A stretch of 64,000 nucleotides of DNA, taken from NCBI GenBank assembly GCA_963762255.1, contig CAVXKA010000001.1, forward strand, positions 512,001 to 576,000, given 5' to 3'. A program made the position numbers and the translations under genes. Every line of letters starts with the position of its first letter. The first letter of the stretch is position 1. This DNA is from Candidatus Eiseniibacteriota bacterium (GTDB lineage Bacteria; Eisenbacteria; RBG-16-71-46; JABDJR01). Of this stretch, positions 21,468-30,449 are shown in pieces. Under the pieces are notes generated by a model that was not told the origin of the DNA, ran no database searches, and saw only the letters and a program-made list of their open reading frames with translations.

Positions 21468-21529
21468 CCCTTCGTTAAATGCCGGCGGCGCCTTGCCAAG
21501 GGACACCGCCCCCCCAATTGCGTCACGAC

Positions 21530-21576
21530 AAAAAAAACAGGGACCCCTCCTCGTCAAATGGACGAGGAAGCGCCCC
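21530..21576 (-). terminator. Intrinsic terminator upstream of the secreted-protein gene
   Basis: Minus strand GGGGCGCTTCCTCGTC-CATTT-GACGAGGAGGGGTCCC followed by TG and T8. Confidence 0.7.
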
Positions 21577-21848
21577 ATCGGTATGGATCAAGCAATGACA
21601 GCTGGGCCGGCGCCCGCCGGCCTTCGCTTCGTGTTCCCGGACATAATGGTACCATGAAAATCACGGGCGGATCGCAACATTTATTTTCTCAACGAAGGGA
21701 ATTTGCGCGCCCGAAGGCAGCCGATTCGTGCGGAGTCCATGTTCGTTGCATTTCACAAATAGTGGGTGAAATTCCCCGTTGGACGCGCCGGGATGCGCCG
21801 TTGCCGCATCCGAAGGGGTTCTAGCGAAAGAAGACGCGCGTCAGACCG

Positions 21849-22943
21849 CTATTTTTGCGGGAAATGTCGGAATCCGAGGGGGGGCAGCGACGCCCACCCC
21901 CCTGCGTGCGGGACAAAAATCCCCGCTCGACCCTCGGCGACTTCTCCGATCTCGGTAATCGGGATTCCAGCCAGCCGCCCCTTGTCGCGGGCCCGCTTCG
22001 CGGCGCGGGGAGGCAGCGTGAAGAGAAGTTCGTAATCCTCGCCGCCGCGCAGGCACGCCACGACCGCGTGCTCGCCCAGGGCGTGGGCCAGGGCCTCGAA
22101 CCGGGGCCGGATCGGCAGGCGGTCGGGGTCGATGTTGAACCGCGCTCCCGACTCGGCGAGGTGGCCGAGATCGACGGAGAGGCCGTCCGAGAGGTCGATG
22201 AGGCTGGTGGGCCGGAGCGCGCGCAGTGCGAGCGCGAGTCGAACGCGCGGCTCGGGGAGAAGGAAGCGCCGAAGCGCCGCCGCGGCTTCGACGTCGCTCG
22301 TGCGCAGCTCGCGCCGCCATGCGGGTTCTCCCGCGGGCGGAGGAAACCAGGGATCGCGGGCGGTCCGCTTGCGGCCGCTCGGGGCGGCCGGGAGCACTGC
22401 CGAGAGGAGGCGAAGCCCAAGATAGGCCAGACCCGGGCGCCCGGAGACGAACACCCGGTCGCCGGGACGCGCCCCTGTCCGAAGCAGCGGTTTCCCGCTC
22501 GGGAAGCCGCCGAGCAGAAAAACCGTGACGGAGATGCGTTCGCCGCGCGCCAGGTTCCCGCCGATCACCTGCACGCCTTCGCGGCGCGCCAGCCGGCGCA
22601 TGCCGCGATACATCCGCTCTACGGCCGAGACCGACGTCGTCGGGGGGAGGATGAGCGAGACCAGCGCGTGGGTCGGCCGGCCACCCATGGCCGCGGCGTC
22701 GGAGAGGTTGGCGGCCAGCGCCTTGTGCCCGACTTCCTCGGGGAGAAACCACGCTCGATGAAAATGCGTCCCCTCGACGAGGACATCCGTGGTGAGCAGT
22801 GCGTGAGTGCCACGCAGAGGAACGACCGCAGCGTCGTCGCCGATCCCGACGCTGTCGCGCGGGGGCGCACCGAGAACCCGGGCGATCCGACGGATAAGGC
22901 CGGTCTCACCCAGGTCAGCGACGGTGAGCTGAGGGTCGGTCAG
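21849..22943 (-). CDS. thiL: Thiamine-monophosphate kinase
   Basis: In-frame extension above the ORF-track start gives LGETGLIRRI...GIGDDAA...TTDVLVEGTHF...NLSDAAAMGG; also IDLSDGL and GGEDYELLFT; probable CTG start. Confidence 0.93.
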   Translation of the reverse strand: MTDPQLTVADLGETGLIRRIARVLGAPPRDSVGIGDDAAVVPLRGTHALLTTDVLVEGTHFHRAWFLPEEVGHKALAANLSDAAAMGGRPTHALVSLILPPTTSVSAVERMYRGMRRLARREGVQVIGGNLARGERISVTVFLLGGFPSGKPLLRTGARPGDRVFVSGRPGLAYLGLRLLSAVLPAAPSGRKRTARDPWFPPPAGEPAWRRELRTSDVEAAAALRRFLLPEPRVRLALALRALRPTSLIDLSDGLSVDLGHLAESGARFNIDPDRLPIRPRFEALAHALGEHAVVACLRGGEDYELLFTLPPRAAKRARDKGRLAGIPITEIGEVAEGRAGIFVPHAGGWASLPPLGFRHFPQK

Positions 22944-23140
22944 CGGACCAACCTGACGACGTAGCCCGCGCCCTTCTTGCTGAGCTGGACCTTCTCCTCG
23001 CGGGCCAGCCAGCCGACCCCCATCTGGACCATGGAAGGAGTCTGCTTGAGCTCCTCCTTGATGTCGTTCAGAGAGGCCTCGCCAAGCCGCTCCAGAAGAT
23101 GGTAGATATCACCGGCGACGAAACCGACCTGGTTATTCAT
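22940..23140 (-). CDS. Small winged-helix protein (DUF2582-like)
   Basis: VGFVAGDIYHLL...MGVGWLAREEKV. Confidence 0.85.
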   Translation of the reverse strand: MNNQVGFVAGDIYHLLERLGEASLNDIKEELKQTPSMVQMGVGWLAREEKVQLSKKGAGYVVRLVR

Positions 23141-23181
23141 CACGAAAACCTCCTCTTGTTGCCTTGGTTGAAATCGCAGCA

Positions 23182-23210
23182 AGCTTAGGCATTCGGGGGG
23201 ATGGGGTCAA
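23182..23210 (-). promoter_or_regulatory. Sigma70-type promoter for the wHTH-thiL unit
   Basis: TTGACC-N17-TAAGCT. Confidence 0.55.
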
Positions 23211-23330
23211 GATGAAGGGTCCATCCGACATGATGAGTCATCTATTCGGGGGGAAGAACGGTCCGATCCCCCGGAATCGACATCTGTTCTCGGGGAGAAA
23301 TGGGGCGCACAATACCTTGAGGAGGAAATC

Positions 23331-24140
23331 GTGAAGCGCCTAATCGTCACCCGCCCCGGTCGCAAGATCCGTCTCAAAGACATCCGGACCGACGACGAAC
23401 TCGGTCTCGGCAGCAAGGAAGAGGCACACGAGCTCCTGAAGGCGGACCTGGAACGCCTGGGCGAACTCCAGCATCTGCTTTACGCCGACGATCGCTTCGC
23501 CCTGATGATCGTTCTCCAGGCCATGGACACCGGGGGGAAGGACGGGACGATCCGAAACGTCATGTCCGGGTTCGACCCCGTGGGCTGTGTCGTGACGTCG
23601 TTCAAGGTTCCCACGGAGGACGAACTGGACCACGATTTTCTTTGGCGCATCCACAGGGCGGTGCCGCCTCGGGGCGTGATCGGCGTGCTCAACCGATCGC
23701 ACTACGAAGACGTGCTCGTGGTGCGCGTGCACAAGCTCGTATCCAGGGAGACTTGGAAGCTTCGCTACCGCCAGATCAATGACTTCGAGCGGATGCTCAC
23801 CGAGAACGGCGTTCCGATCCTCAAGTTCTTCCTGCATATCAGCAAGGAGGAACAGGCGCTCCGGCTCAAGGCGCGTCTAGAGGACAAGACCAAGAACTGG
23901 AAATTTTCGCCGGCGGATATCGAGGAGCGCAAGCTCTGGAAGGATTATCAGGCGGCGTTCGAGGACGCCATCAACGCGTGCACCACGAAGTGGGCGCCGT
24001 GGCACATCGTTCCCGCCGACAAGAAATGGGTGCGAGACTGCGTCGTCGCCCGCGCCCTGCTCGAAAAGCTGGAGTCGCTCGATCTCCGGTACCCGAAACC
24101 GCTCTCCAAGGCGGCACTCTCGAAGATTGTGATCGGCTAG
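23331..24140 (+). CDS. ppk2: Polyphosphate kinase 2 family (polyP:nucleotide phosphotransferase)
   Basis: QAMDTGGKDG Walker A, SFKVPT, HDFLWR, NRSHYEDVL, KFFLHISKEEQ, WKFSPADI. Confidence 0.94.
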   Translation: MKRLIVTRPGRKIRLKDIRTDDELGLGSKEEAHELLKADLERLGELQHLLYADDRFALMIVLQAMDTGGKDGTIRNVMSGFDPVGCVVTSFKVPTEDELDHDFLWRIHRAVPPRGVIGVLNRSHYEDVLVVRVHKLVSRETWKLRYRQINDFERMLTENGVPILKFFLHISKEEQALRLKARLEDKTKNWKFSPADIEERKLWKDYQAAFEDAINACTTKWAPWHIVPADKKWVRDCVVARALLEKLESLDLRYPKPLSKAALSKIVIG

Positions 24141-24158
24141 ATTCCCGGATCAGCAGGC

Positions 24159-24187
24159 TTGTAGTAACGGGCGAGGAGAAGTAGTAT
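24159..24187 (+). promoter_or_regulatory. Possible sigma70 promoter for the Omp85-kinase-NTT operon
   Basis: TTGTAG-N17-TAGTAT, followed by an AT-rich patch. Confidence 0.4.
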
Positions 24188-24309
24188 GAAGGCCTGCGGA
24201 GTTCATTAGACTTAATTCGTCAATTATCGGGCTCCGTCGCGTGGAGGATTGTGTCGCAATTGTACAAAGCACTCGCTCGCCCGCCGACGACCCCAGAAGA
24301 GACCCGACC

Positions 24310-25689
24310 ATGTCGCGCTCGATCAATTTGATTCGTTTTTGCATAGGGCCCCATGTTTCCCTCAGGGTCTCCCATCTTCTGGCTCTCCTGGCCTGCGTAA
24401 TCGCCTGTTTCTCCTCCAACGCCACCGGGGCCGACCCCCGGTTCGGTGATTCCACCTGGGTGGCCCCCGTCATGCCGATCGTGGGGGATCCCGGAAGCGC
24501 GGGCCCACGGGTGGCCGAGCCGGATCGCGAGCGCGCGTGGGAAACCGCGCTGCGTACGCCGTTCCGCGTCGTCTTCCTTCCGCTGCGCTTTCTGGCGCGT
24601 GGCATGGAGGCCGGCGTGGGTCATTTCGGAGGGAAGTTCCTCGACCCGAAGCCGAAGGAGGCGCCACGGCCGGGGCTGGCCCTCGGACCGCACGTGGACC
24701 TCAGCGGCGCGAGCGACGGACTCGGCGGGATCGGAGCGGGACCGGCCCTCACTTGGACCGGGTTCCCGACCGCGGATTCGCGGATGGTGGCGTCAGGCAC
24801 GATGTCCATCAACGATCGCCGCCGCGCACGTCTTCGTGGGGTGGTCGGAGATCGGCGCCTGGTCGGCCTTCTCCTGCGGGTCGACTACGAGTACCGGCCG
24901 GACCGAAGCTACTACGGCATCGGGAACGACGCGCGAGAGTCGGACCGTGCCTACTACCGCCTCGAGACCACGAGCGCAGAGGCAGGGTTGTTCTACGGGG
25001 CCTCGCCGCTGCGCCGCGTGCGGCTTCTGGGCGGCTACTCGGGGATTAGTCCGGGCCGCGGATACCACGGAAGCCCCCTGCTCGACGACGTGTTCACGCC
25101 GGGGAGCGTGCCCTACGACCGCGTAGCCACTCGCGTTCTCACGTACGGAATCGCCGGAGACCTGGCCACCCTCGATGACTTGGCTGTCCCGTCGCTCGGT
25201 CTTCACGGTCGTGCCGAGCTGAGGCAAGCGGCGGGCATGCGCGGAATCGACCCTGATTACACGCAGTGGCTGGTCGAGGGCCGGGCCTACGTGCCGGTGT
25301 TCGCCCACCGCCGCGTGCTCGCCCTGCGCGCCCTGTACACCGGCGTGGATCCGACCGGCAGTACGTCGGTCCTCCCCTTCTATCGTCTCCCGGTGACCGA
25401 AAACCCGTTCCGCCTCGTCGGCTATGCCTCGCAGCGCTTCCGGGACCGTCAGCTCATCCTCTGTCGCATCGAGTACCGCTGGATCATCGGGCGCAATCTG
25501 AGCGCGGTGGCCCTGTACGAACTCAGCGAGGTGGCTTTCGAAAGGCGGGCGTTCACCCTCCGGAGCATGCACTCGGCGTGGGGGGGCGGCCTCCGTCTGG
25601 GAATGAACGACGCGACGGCTGCTCGCCTCGAGTTGGGGAAGAGCGTCGAGGGGCTCCATGCCGTCCTGCGGTTCGCGAGCGACTTCTGA
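24310..25689 (+). CDS. Omp85 (BamA/TamA)-like beta-barrel outer-membrane protein without evident POTRA domains
   Basis: Signal peptide; YYGIGN; LPFY...LVGYASQRFRDR (VRGY-like loop); IEYRW; WGGGLRLG; terminal Phe. Confidence 0.8.
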   Translation: MSRSINLIRFCIGPHVSLRVSHLLALLACVIACFSSNATGADPRFGDSTWVAPVMPIVGDPGSAGPRVAEPDRERAWETALRTPFRVVFLPLRFLARGMEAGVGHFGGKFLDPKPKEAPRPGLALGPHVDLSGASDGLGGIGAGPALTWTGFPTADSRMVASGTMSINDRRRARLRGVVGDRRLVGLLLRVDYEYRPDRSYYGIGNDARESDRAYYRLETTSAEAGLFYGASPLRRVRLLGGYSGISPGRGYHGSPLLDDVFTPGSVPYDRVATRVLTYGIAGDLATLDDLAVPSLGLHGRAELRQAAGMRGIDPDYTQWLVEGRAYVPVFAHRRVLALRALYTGVDPTGSTSVLPFYRLPVTENPFRLVGYASQRFRDRQLILCRIEYRWIIGRNLSAVALYELSEVAFERRAFTLRSMHSAWGGGLRLGMNDATAARLELGKSVEGLHAVLRFASDF

Positions 25690-27353
25690 TGCGAGTTCTC
25701 TTCGTCACCCCCGTGCTCATCTTCTTCTCAGTTATTGCGACCCCCGGGGCCTCTCCGTCCCACGCCGCGGACGACTCGCCGAAGCCGGGAATCAACGACA
25801 GCACGTGGGTGGATCACGATGGCCTTCCCATTGCGCAGCCTCCCGATTGGGGGCCGACTCTCTGGGGTAGCCTGTTCCGCGAGGGAATCGTCGAGCCTCT
25901 ATCCCACATGTTCGACGTGCCCGACAAGCTGCTGAGCACCACGGAGGTTTTCGGCGCGGATCCGGAGCGCGAGGCGGTGAACGTGAACGCGTTCGACGAA
26001 GCGCCCAACTCGACTTGGTTCACGAACCGCAACCACATGCGAGCCGTGCCGGTGACCGAGTTCGAAGAGGCCCACGGCGCGCTGCGACCCACGAAACCAT
26101 GGACCATCAAGAAACCGAAGCAAGGCGGAAACACCGTGGGCTTCCAGATCAAGGATGCCGACGGTAAGAAGTGGCTCGTCAAGCTGGATCCGGCCGGTTA
26201 CCCGCAGCTCAGCTCGGGCGCGGACCTGATCACGAGTAGCCTGCTCCAGGCCGCGGGCTACAACCTCCCGCACAATCCGATCGTGAGTTTCCGGCGAAGC
26301 GATCTCAAGATCGATGAGGATCTGCTGCAAGGTAAGGAGGGGGCGCCGTTCACGGAAGCCGACCTCGATTCGCTGCTCGCATCGGGCGCGCTCCTGTCGG
26401 ACGGCAGCTACTCGGGTTTCGCCAGCCTGTTCCTCTCCGGCCACGTGCTGGGCTCTCCGAGCACACGCCGGCTTCGCCCGGGCGATACGAACGACTGGTA
26501 CTCGCACATGAACCGCCGCGAGCTTCGCGGTCTGTACGTGTTGAGTTCCTGGCTCAACAGTTGGGACACCAAGGATCTCCAGTTCCTCGACACGTTTGTC
26601 GAGACGCGAGACAGCCTGGGACACGTCGACCATTACATACTCGACGTAGGCGCGTCTCTCGGCGTGGGAGCCGAGGGGCCGAAGAAGCTGGCGAGCGGGT
26701 TCGAGCACACGATCGACTTCGAGTGGACCGCATGGCGGATCCTGAGCCTGGGCTTTGTCGTGGAACCCTGGCGCCGGGCCCGCCAAGAAACCGGCATTCC
26801 CTCGGTGGGGAACTTCGAGTCGGCGGTCTACAAACCGGCCAAGTTCAAGGCCCTGGTACAACACCCGGCGTTCCGTGAGATGACGGACCGGGACGGCTAC
26901 TGGGGAGCCAAGATCGTGGCGTCCTTTTCCAATGCCCAGATCGCAGCGGCGGTGGACGCGGTCCACTACGAGGACCCGCGTTCCGCCCCCTACCTGGTGC
27001 GATGCCTGATCGAGCGGCGCGACAAGACCGCCCGCTACTGGTTCGACCGGGTCGCCCCCTTGGACTTCTTCTCGGTGCGAGACGGGGTGCTGCGCTTCCA
27101 CGACTTGGCGGTGGACGTCGGCCTGGCGCAGCCTCGGGCCTATGAAGTGAAAGCCCGATCACCGGAAGGCGGTGTTTCGATGGGCGAGAAGGCCCGCCTG
27201 AGCGACACGGCACTACTTCTGATTGACCTCGGTAACATCGCGTCCCGCGTTTCGCTCGAGTTCTCCATCGCGGGGAACGGAGCGAAGCCGACGCGCGTGG
27301 AGCTGAGACGAGGGGGCTCTGGATGGGTGATAACTCAAGTACGGCACGGATGA
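25689..27353 (+). CDS. Exported protein with a probable atypical kinase (HipA/PI3K-like) fold
   Basis: TGATG overlap; signal peptide; KQGGNTVG, WLVKLD, WLNSWDTKDLQFLD, YILDVGASLG. Confidence 0.7.
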   Translation: MRVLFVTPVLIFFSVIATPGASPSHAADDSPKPGINDSTWVDHDGLPIAQPPDWGPTLWGSLFREGIVEPLSHMFDVPDKLLSTTEVFGADPEREAVNVNAFDEAPNSTWFTNRNHMRAVPVTEFEEAHGALRPTKPWTIKKPKQGGNTVGFQIKDADGKKWLVKLDPAGYPQLSSGADLITSSLLQAAGYNLPHNPIVSFRRSDLKIDEDLLQGKEGAPFTEADLDSLLASGALLSDGSYSGFASLFLSGHVLGSPSTRRLRPGDTNDWYSHMNRRELRGLYVLSSWLNSWDTKDLQFLDTFVETRDSLGHVDHYILDVGASLGVGAEGPKKLASGFEHTIDFEWTAWRILSLGFVVEPWRRARQETGIPSVGNFESAVYKPAKFKALVQHPAFREMTDRDGYWGAKIVASFSNAQIAAAVDAVHYEDPRSAPYLVRCLIERRDKTARYWFDRVAPLDFFSVRDGVLRFHDLAVDVGLAQPRAYEVKARSPEGGVSMGEKARLSDTALLLIDLGNIASRVSLEFSIAGNGAKPTRVELRRGGSGWVITQVRHG

Positions 27354-28994
27354 CGACACGCACGCCGGACTCTCATACCGGTCGAGGCGGAGGCAGGCGC
27401 TTTGCCTTCGCAGCCGCGATCCTTGTCGTGCTCCTCGGCTGCGGCCACATCGGGCGTCTGCAGTACGTAGCCCAGCCCGTTTCTCCGGCGTCGACGGACA
27501 GCACGGAACTGAAGGCGTTCGTGGGGCCCATGCCTTGGCATCCCGCTGTTCGGCGACACGGCGATCGGCTTGGTGCCGGGCACCGCGGACTCTTCGATTC
27601 GCTTCCTGGGACGGCTGCGCAGCGGATACGCGGCGGATACGCTGAACATCATCCTGTGCGGCGACAACCGCCCGGGCTACCGCCTTGGGCGTCTCGCGCC
27701 GCAACTCCAGACCATCCGGCAGGGGGTCTCGCTGAATCCTCTCAAGGTCCTGCGCGCTCTGGTCACCATCCCCTACGCGATCGTGAAGGGACTGTATCCC
27801 GACTTCGCGCTCATCCGCGAGATTCCACCCATGATCAAGCGCATGCCTAAGTGGGGGCGCGAGCACGAAGTCATGGAAGCGATGCTGGTGAAGATCGATT
27901 CGCTGGAGACCCACGGGCAAGACGTCGCGGCGGTGATCAATGTCGGAGACGTCGTGAAAGACGGACGGTACCCCTCTCACTGGGAGCGATTCCTACGACT
28001 CACCCACCCACTCACGTCGCGGGTGCCTTACTTCCCCGTCCCCGGGAACCACGAGCGCACCGACACCGTGGAAGGGATCGAGAACTGGTGGACCGCGACG
28101 GGCCTGCCGGTCGGCGGTGATCGTCTCTATTACTGCTTCGATTCCGCCGATGGGTGGGTTCGATTCATCGCTCTGGATTCGAACCCGATCGTGAACTCAG
28201 GGAGCCACTGGACGCGTGAGGTCCAGATCAAGTACGCCGAGGAGCAATTCACCTGGTTGGTGGAGCGGGTCAAGGAGCACCGTGGGCCGGTGCTGGCCCT
28301 GCTGCATCACCCGCCGTTTTCGGCCGGCACGCACCGCCTCGAGTGGCAGAGAGATGAGTTGCTGCTCGAACAGCGCGAGCGCATGGTGCGGGCGTTGCAC
28401 GAGTCCGGAATCGCAGCCGTCGTGAGCGGGCACGATCACTCCTACCAGCGCGCCCTGCTCACCTGGCCCGATGCCGTGCTCATCGTCCTCGTCTCGGGCG
28501 GCGCTGGATCGCCTCTGCACGACATCCCGCTGCCCGCCGAGAGCGCGCGGTTGTTCAGCGAGTACAAGGTGGCCGGCTCGGTCGTGAAGCCCGAGAACGT
28601 CTTCACCAGCCAGGTGTTCAACTTCACCCACTTGCGTCTTTGGTTCGGCGGCGGCGATTTCTATACGTATGCGGTCGACCAGAACTCGAAGACGACGCTG
28701 ATCGACAAGGTGGAGATCGATCTCAACCGGTACGGCACGCCGGAGATCGATCAGCACAAGATGGTCATCCCGCCGTCCGGAGGGCCGTCAGAACCCTCGG
28801 AGGACAAGGCAAGCACGCCGGACTCGACCACGGCCACGGCCGATTCGACCACGGCGAGCGAGCGGCTCCTCTCGAAGCCGCCGCCGAGCGGGGAGTCCGA
28901 GCAACAGGGAATCAGCCCTGACAAGCCTGACTCCGTCTCGGTCAAGCCGCAGACCCCTCAGACGCCGGTGCCGGGCACGGGGCGACCCAGATAA
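27350..28994 (+). CDS. Lipoprotein metallophosphoesterase (calcineurin-like), frameshifted near 27524
   Basis: ATGA overlap; LLGC lipobox in the first frame; GDNR, GDVV, GNHE, HHP and GHDH in the next frame; Ser/Thr/Pro-rich tail. Confidence 0.85.
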
Positions 28995-29031
28995 TGCAGC
29001 ACGTGCTTTTGCGCACGAGAACGATGGAGGA

Positions 29032-30441
29032 ATGGACATGACCACCACCGCGTCCGACCGAGGCAAAGACGCCGGGCCGCTGAGCAAGGACTCCAAGAGT
29101 CTGCTCGACCGCTTTCTGGGGATCTTCGCGGACGTGCGCGGCGGGGAGGGTGTAACTGCGCTCCTCTTGATGTTGAACATTTTCCTCCTGCTCGCGAGTT
29201 ATTACCTGCTGAAGACGATTCGTGAGCCCCTCATCCTGGCCGGGTCGGGCGGGGCGGAGATAAAGAGCTATTCCGCGGGGGTGATCGCGGGTCTCCTCCT
29301 CATCCTCGTGCCGCTCTACAGCATGCTGGCCTCACGTGTGTCGCGCGTCAAACTCATCAACGGGGTGACGCTGTTCTTCATCGCCTGCCTCGTTGCGTTC
29401 TTCTTTCTCAGCTTGAGTGGGGTTTCGATCGGCGTCGCGTTCTTCATCTGGGTCGGGATCTTCAGCATGATGATCATCGCCCAGCTCTGGGCGTTTGCTA
29501 ACGACGTGTACACCGTGGAGCAGGGAAAGCGGCTGTTCGCCATCGTGGGCTTTGGAGCGTCCCTGGGGGCCATCGCGGGGTCCTTCGTGACCGGGCAACT
29601 GGTGAAGGTGTACGGCCCCTACCCCTTCATGCTCGGCGCCGCGGGGTTGCTCGGCCTGTGCATGGTGCTCACGACTGTCATCCATTTCCGAGAGAAGCGC
29701 CGGCTCGCGGGCGCACCGCCGGCCGCCGGGGGCGGAGCGGGTGCGGACGCTGCCGTCGAGGAGACCGCCAACGTCGAGGCTCCCGTGAAGGGGCGCAGCG
29801 GCTTCGCCCTCGTTCTATCGGATCGATACTTGCTGCTCATCGGGCTCTTGATGCTTCTCGTCAACCTTGTGAATACGACCGGGGAGTACATCCTGGGAAA
29901 GACGGTCGTTGATCTCTACGCGGCAACCCATAGCGCCGGCGCTGGATCTCTCGACGAGGGAAAAGTGATCGGGGAGTTCTACGGCAACTACTTCACCGTG
30001 GTCAACGTTCTCTCGGCCCTCATCCAGGCTCTTGTTGTCTCACGCGTATTGAAGTACTTCGGCGTGAAGGTGGGGCTGCTCGTTCTGCCCGTGGTGGCGC
30101 TCATCGGCTACGGCGCCATGGCGTTCATCCCGTTGCTTCCCTTCATCCGCTCGGTGAAGCTGGCGGAGAACTCGATCGACTACTCGCTGCAGAACACCTC
30201 GCGAAACGCTCTCTATCTGCCGACGAGCCGGGAGGCGAAATACAAGGCGAAGCAAGCCAATGACACCCTCTTCGTGCGCTTCGGGGATCTCTGTTCGGCG
30301 GGGCTCGTCTTCGCCGGTGTCACATGGCTGGGATTCACGACGAAGCAGTTCGCCCTCACAAACGCCGCGCTCGTCCTCGTCTGGCTCGTCCTCGCGATCG
30401 TGATCGGCCGGCGTTTCCAGAAGCTCGCGAAGACAGCCTGA
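29032..30441 (+). CDS. NTT/TLC-family (Npt1-like) nucleotide transporter
   Basis: About 12 TM helices; YYLLKTIREPLIL, QLWAFANDVYTVEQGKRLF, DYSLQNTSRNALYLPTSREAKYKAK, RFGD. Confidence 0.88.
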   Translation: MDMTTTASDRGKDAGPLSKDSKSLLDRFLGIFADVRGGEGVTALLLMLNIFLLLASYYLLKTIREPLILAGSGGAEIKSYSAGVIAGLLLILVPLYSMLASRVSRVKLINGVTLFFIACLVAFFFLSLSGVSIGVAFFIWVGIFSMMIIAQLWAFANDVYTVEQGKRLFAIVGFGASLGAIAGSFVTGQLVKVYGPYPFMLGAAGLLGLCMVLTTVIHFREKRRLAGAPPAAGGGAGADAAVEETANVEAPVKGRSGFALVLSDRYLLLIGLLMLLVNLVNTTGEYILGKTVVDLYAATHSAGAGSLDEGKVIGEFYGNYFTVVNVLSALIQALVVSRVLKYFGVKVGLLVLPVVALIGYGAMAFIPLLPFIRSVKLAENSIDYSLQNTSRNALYLPTSREAKYKAKQANDTLFVRFGDLCSAGLVFAGVTWLGFTTKQFALTNAALVLVWLVLAIVIGRRFQKLAKTA

Positions 30442-30449
30442 GGCTATCC

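Noticed and set aside
23150-23330. TPP riboswitch upstream of thiL
   Set aside because: No CTGAGA or CCTGAT...GCGTAGGG core on either strand.
24200-24230. Pho box before the Omp85 operon
   Set aside because: AT-rich with one GTTCAT, but no clean 11-bp direct repeat.
30438-30441. Third possible CTGA start, for the NTT-HEAT gene
   Set aside because: An in-frame GTG at 30450 with a GAGG SD explains the start.
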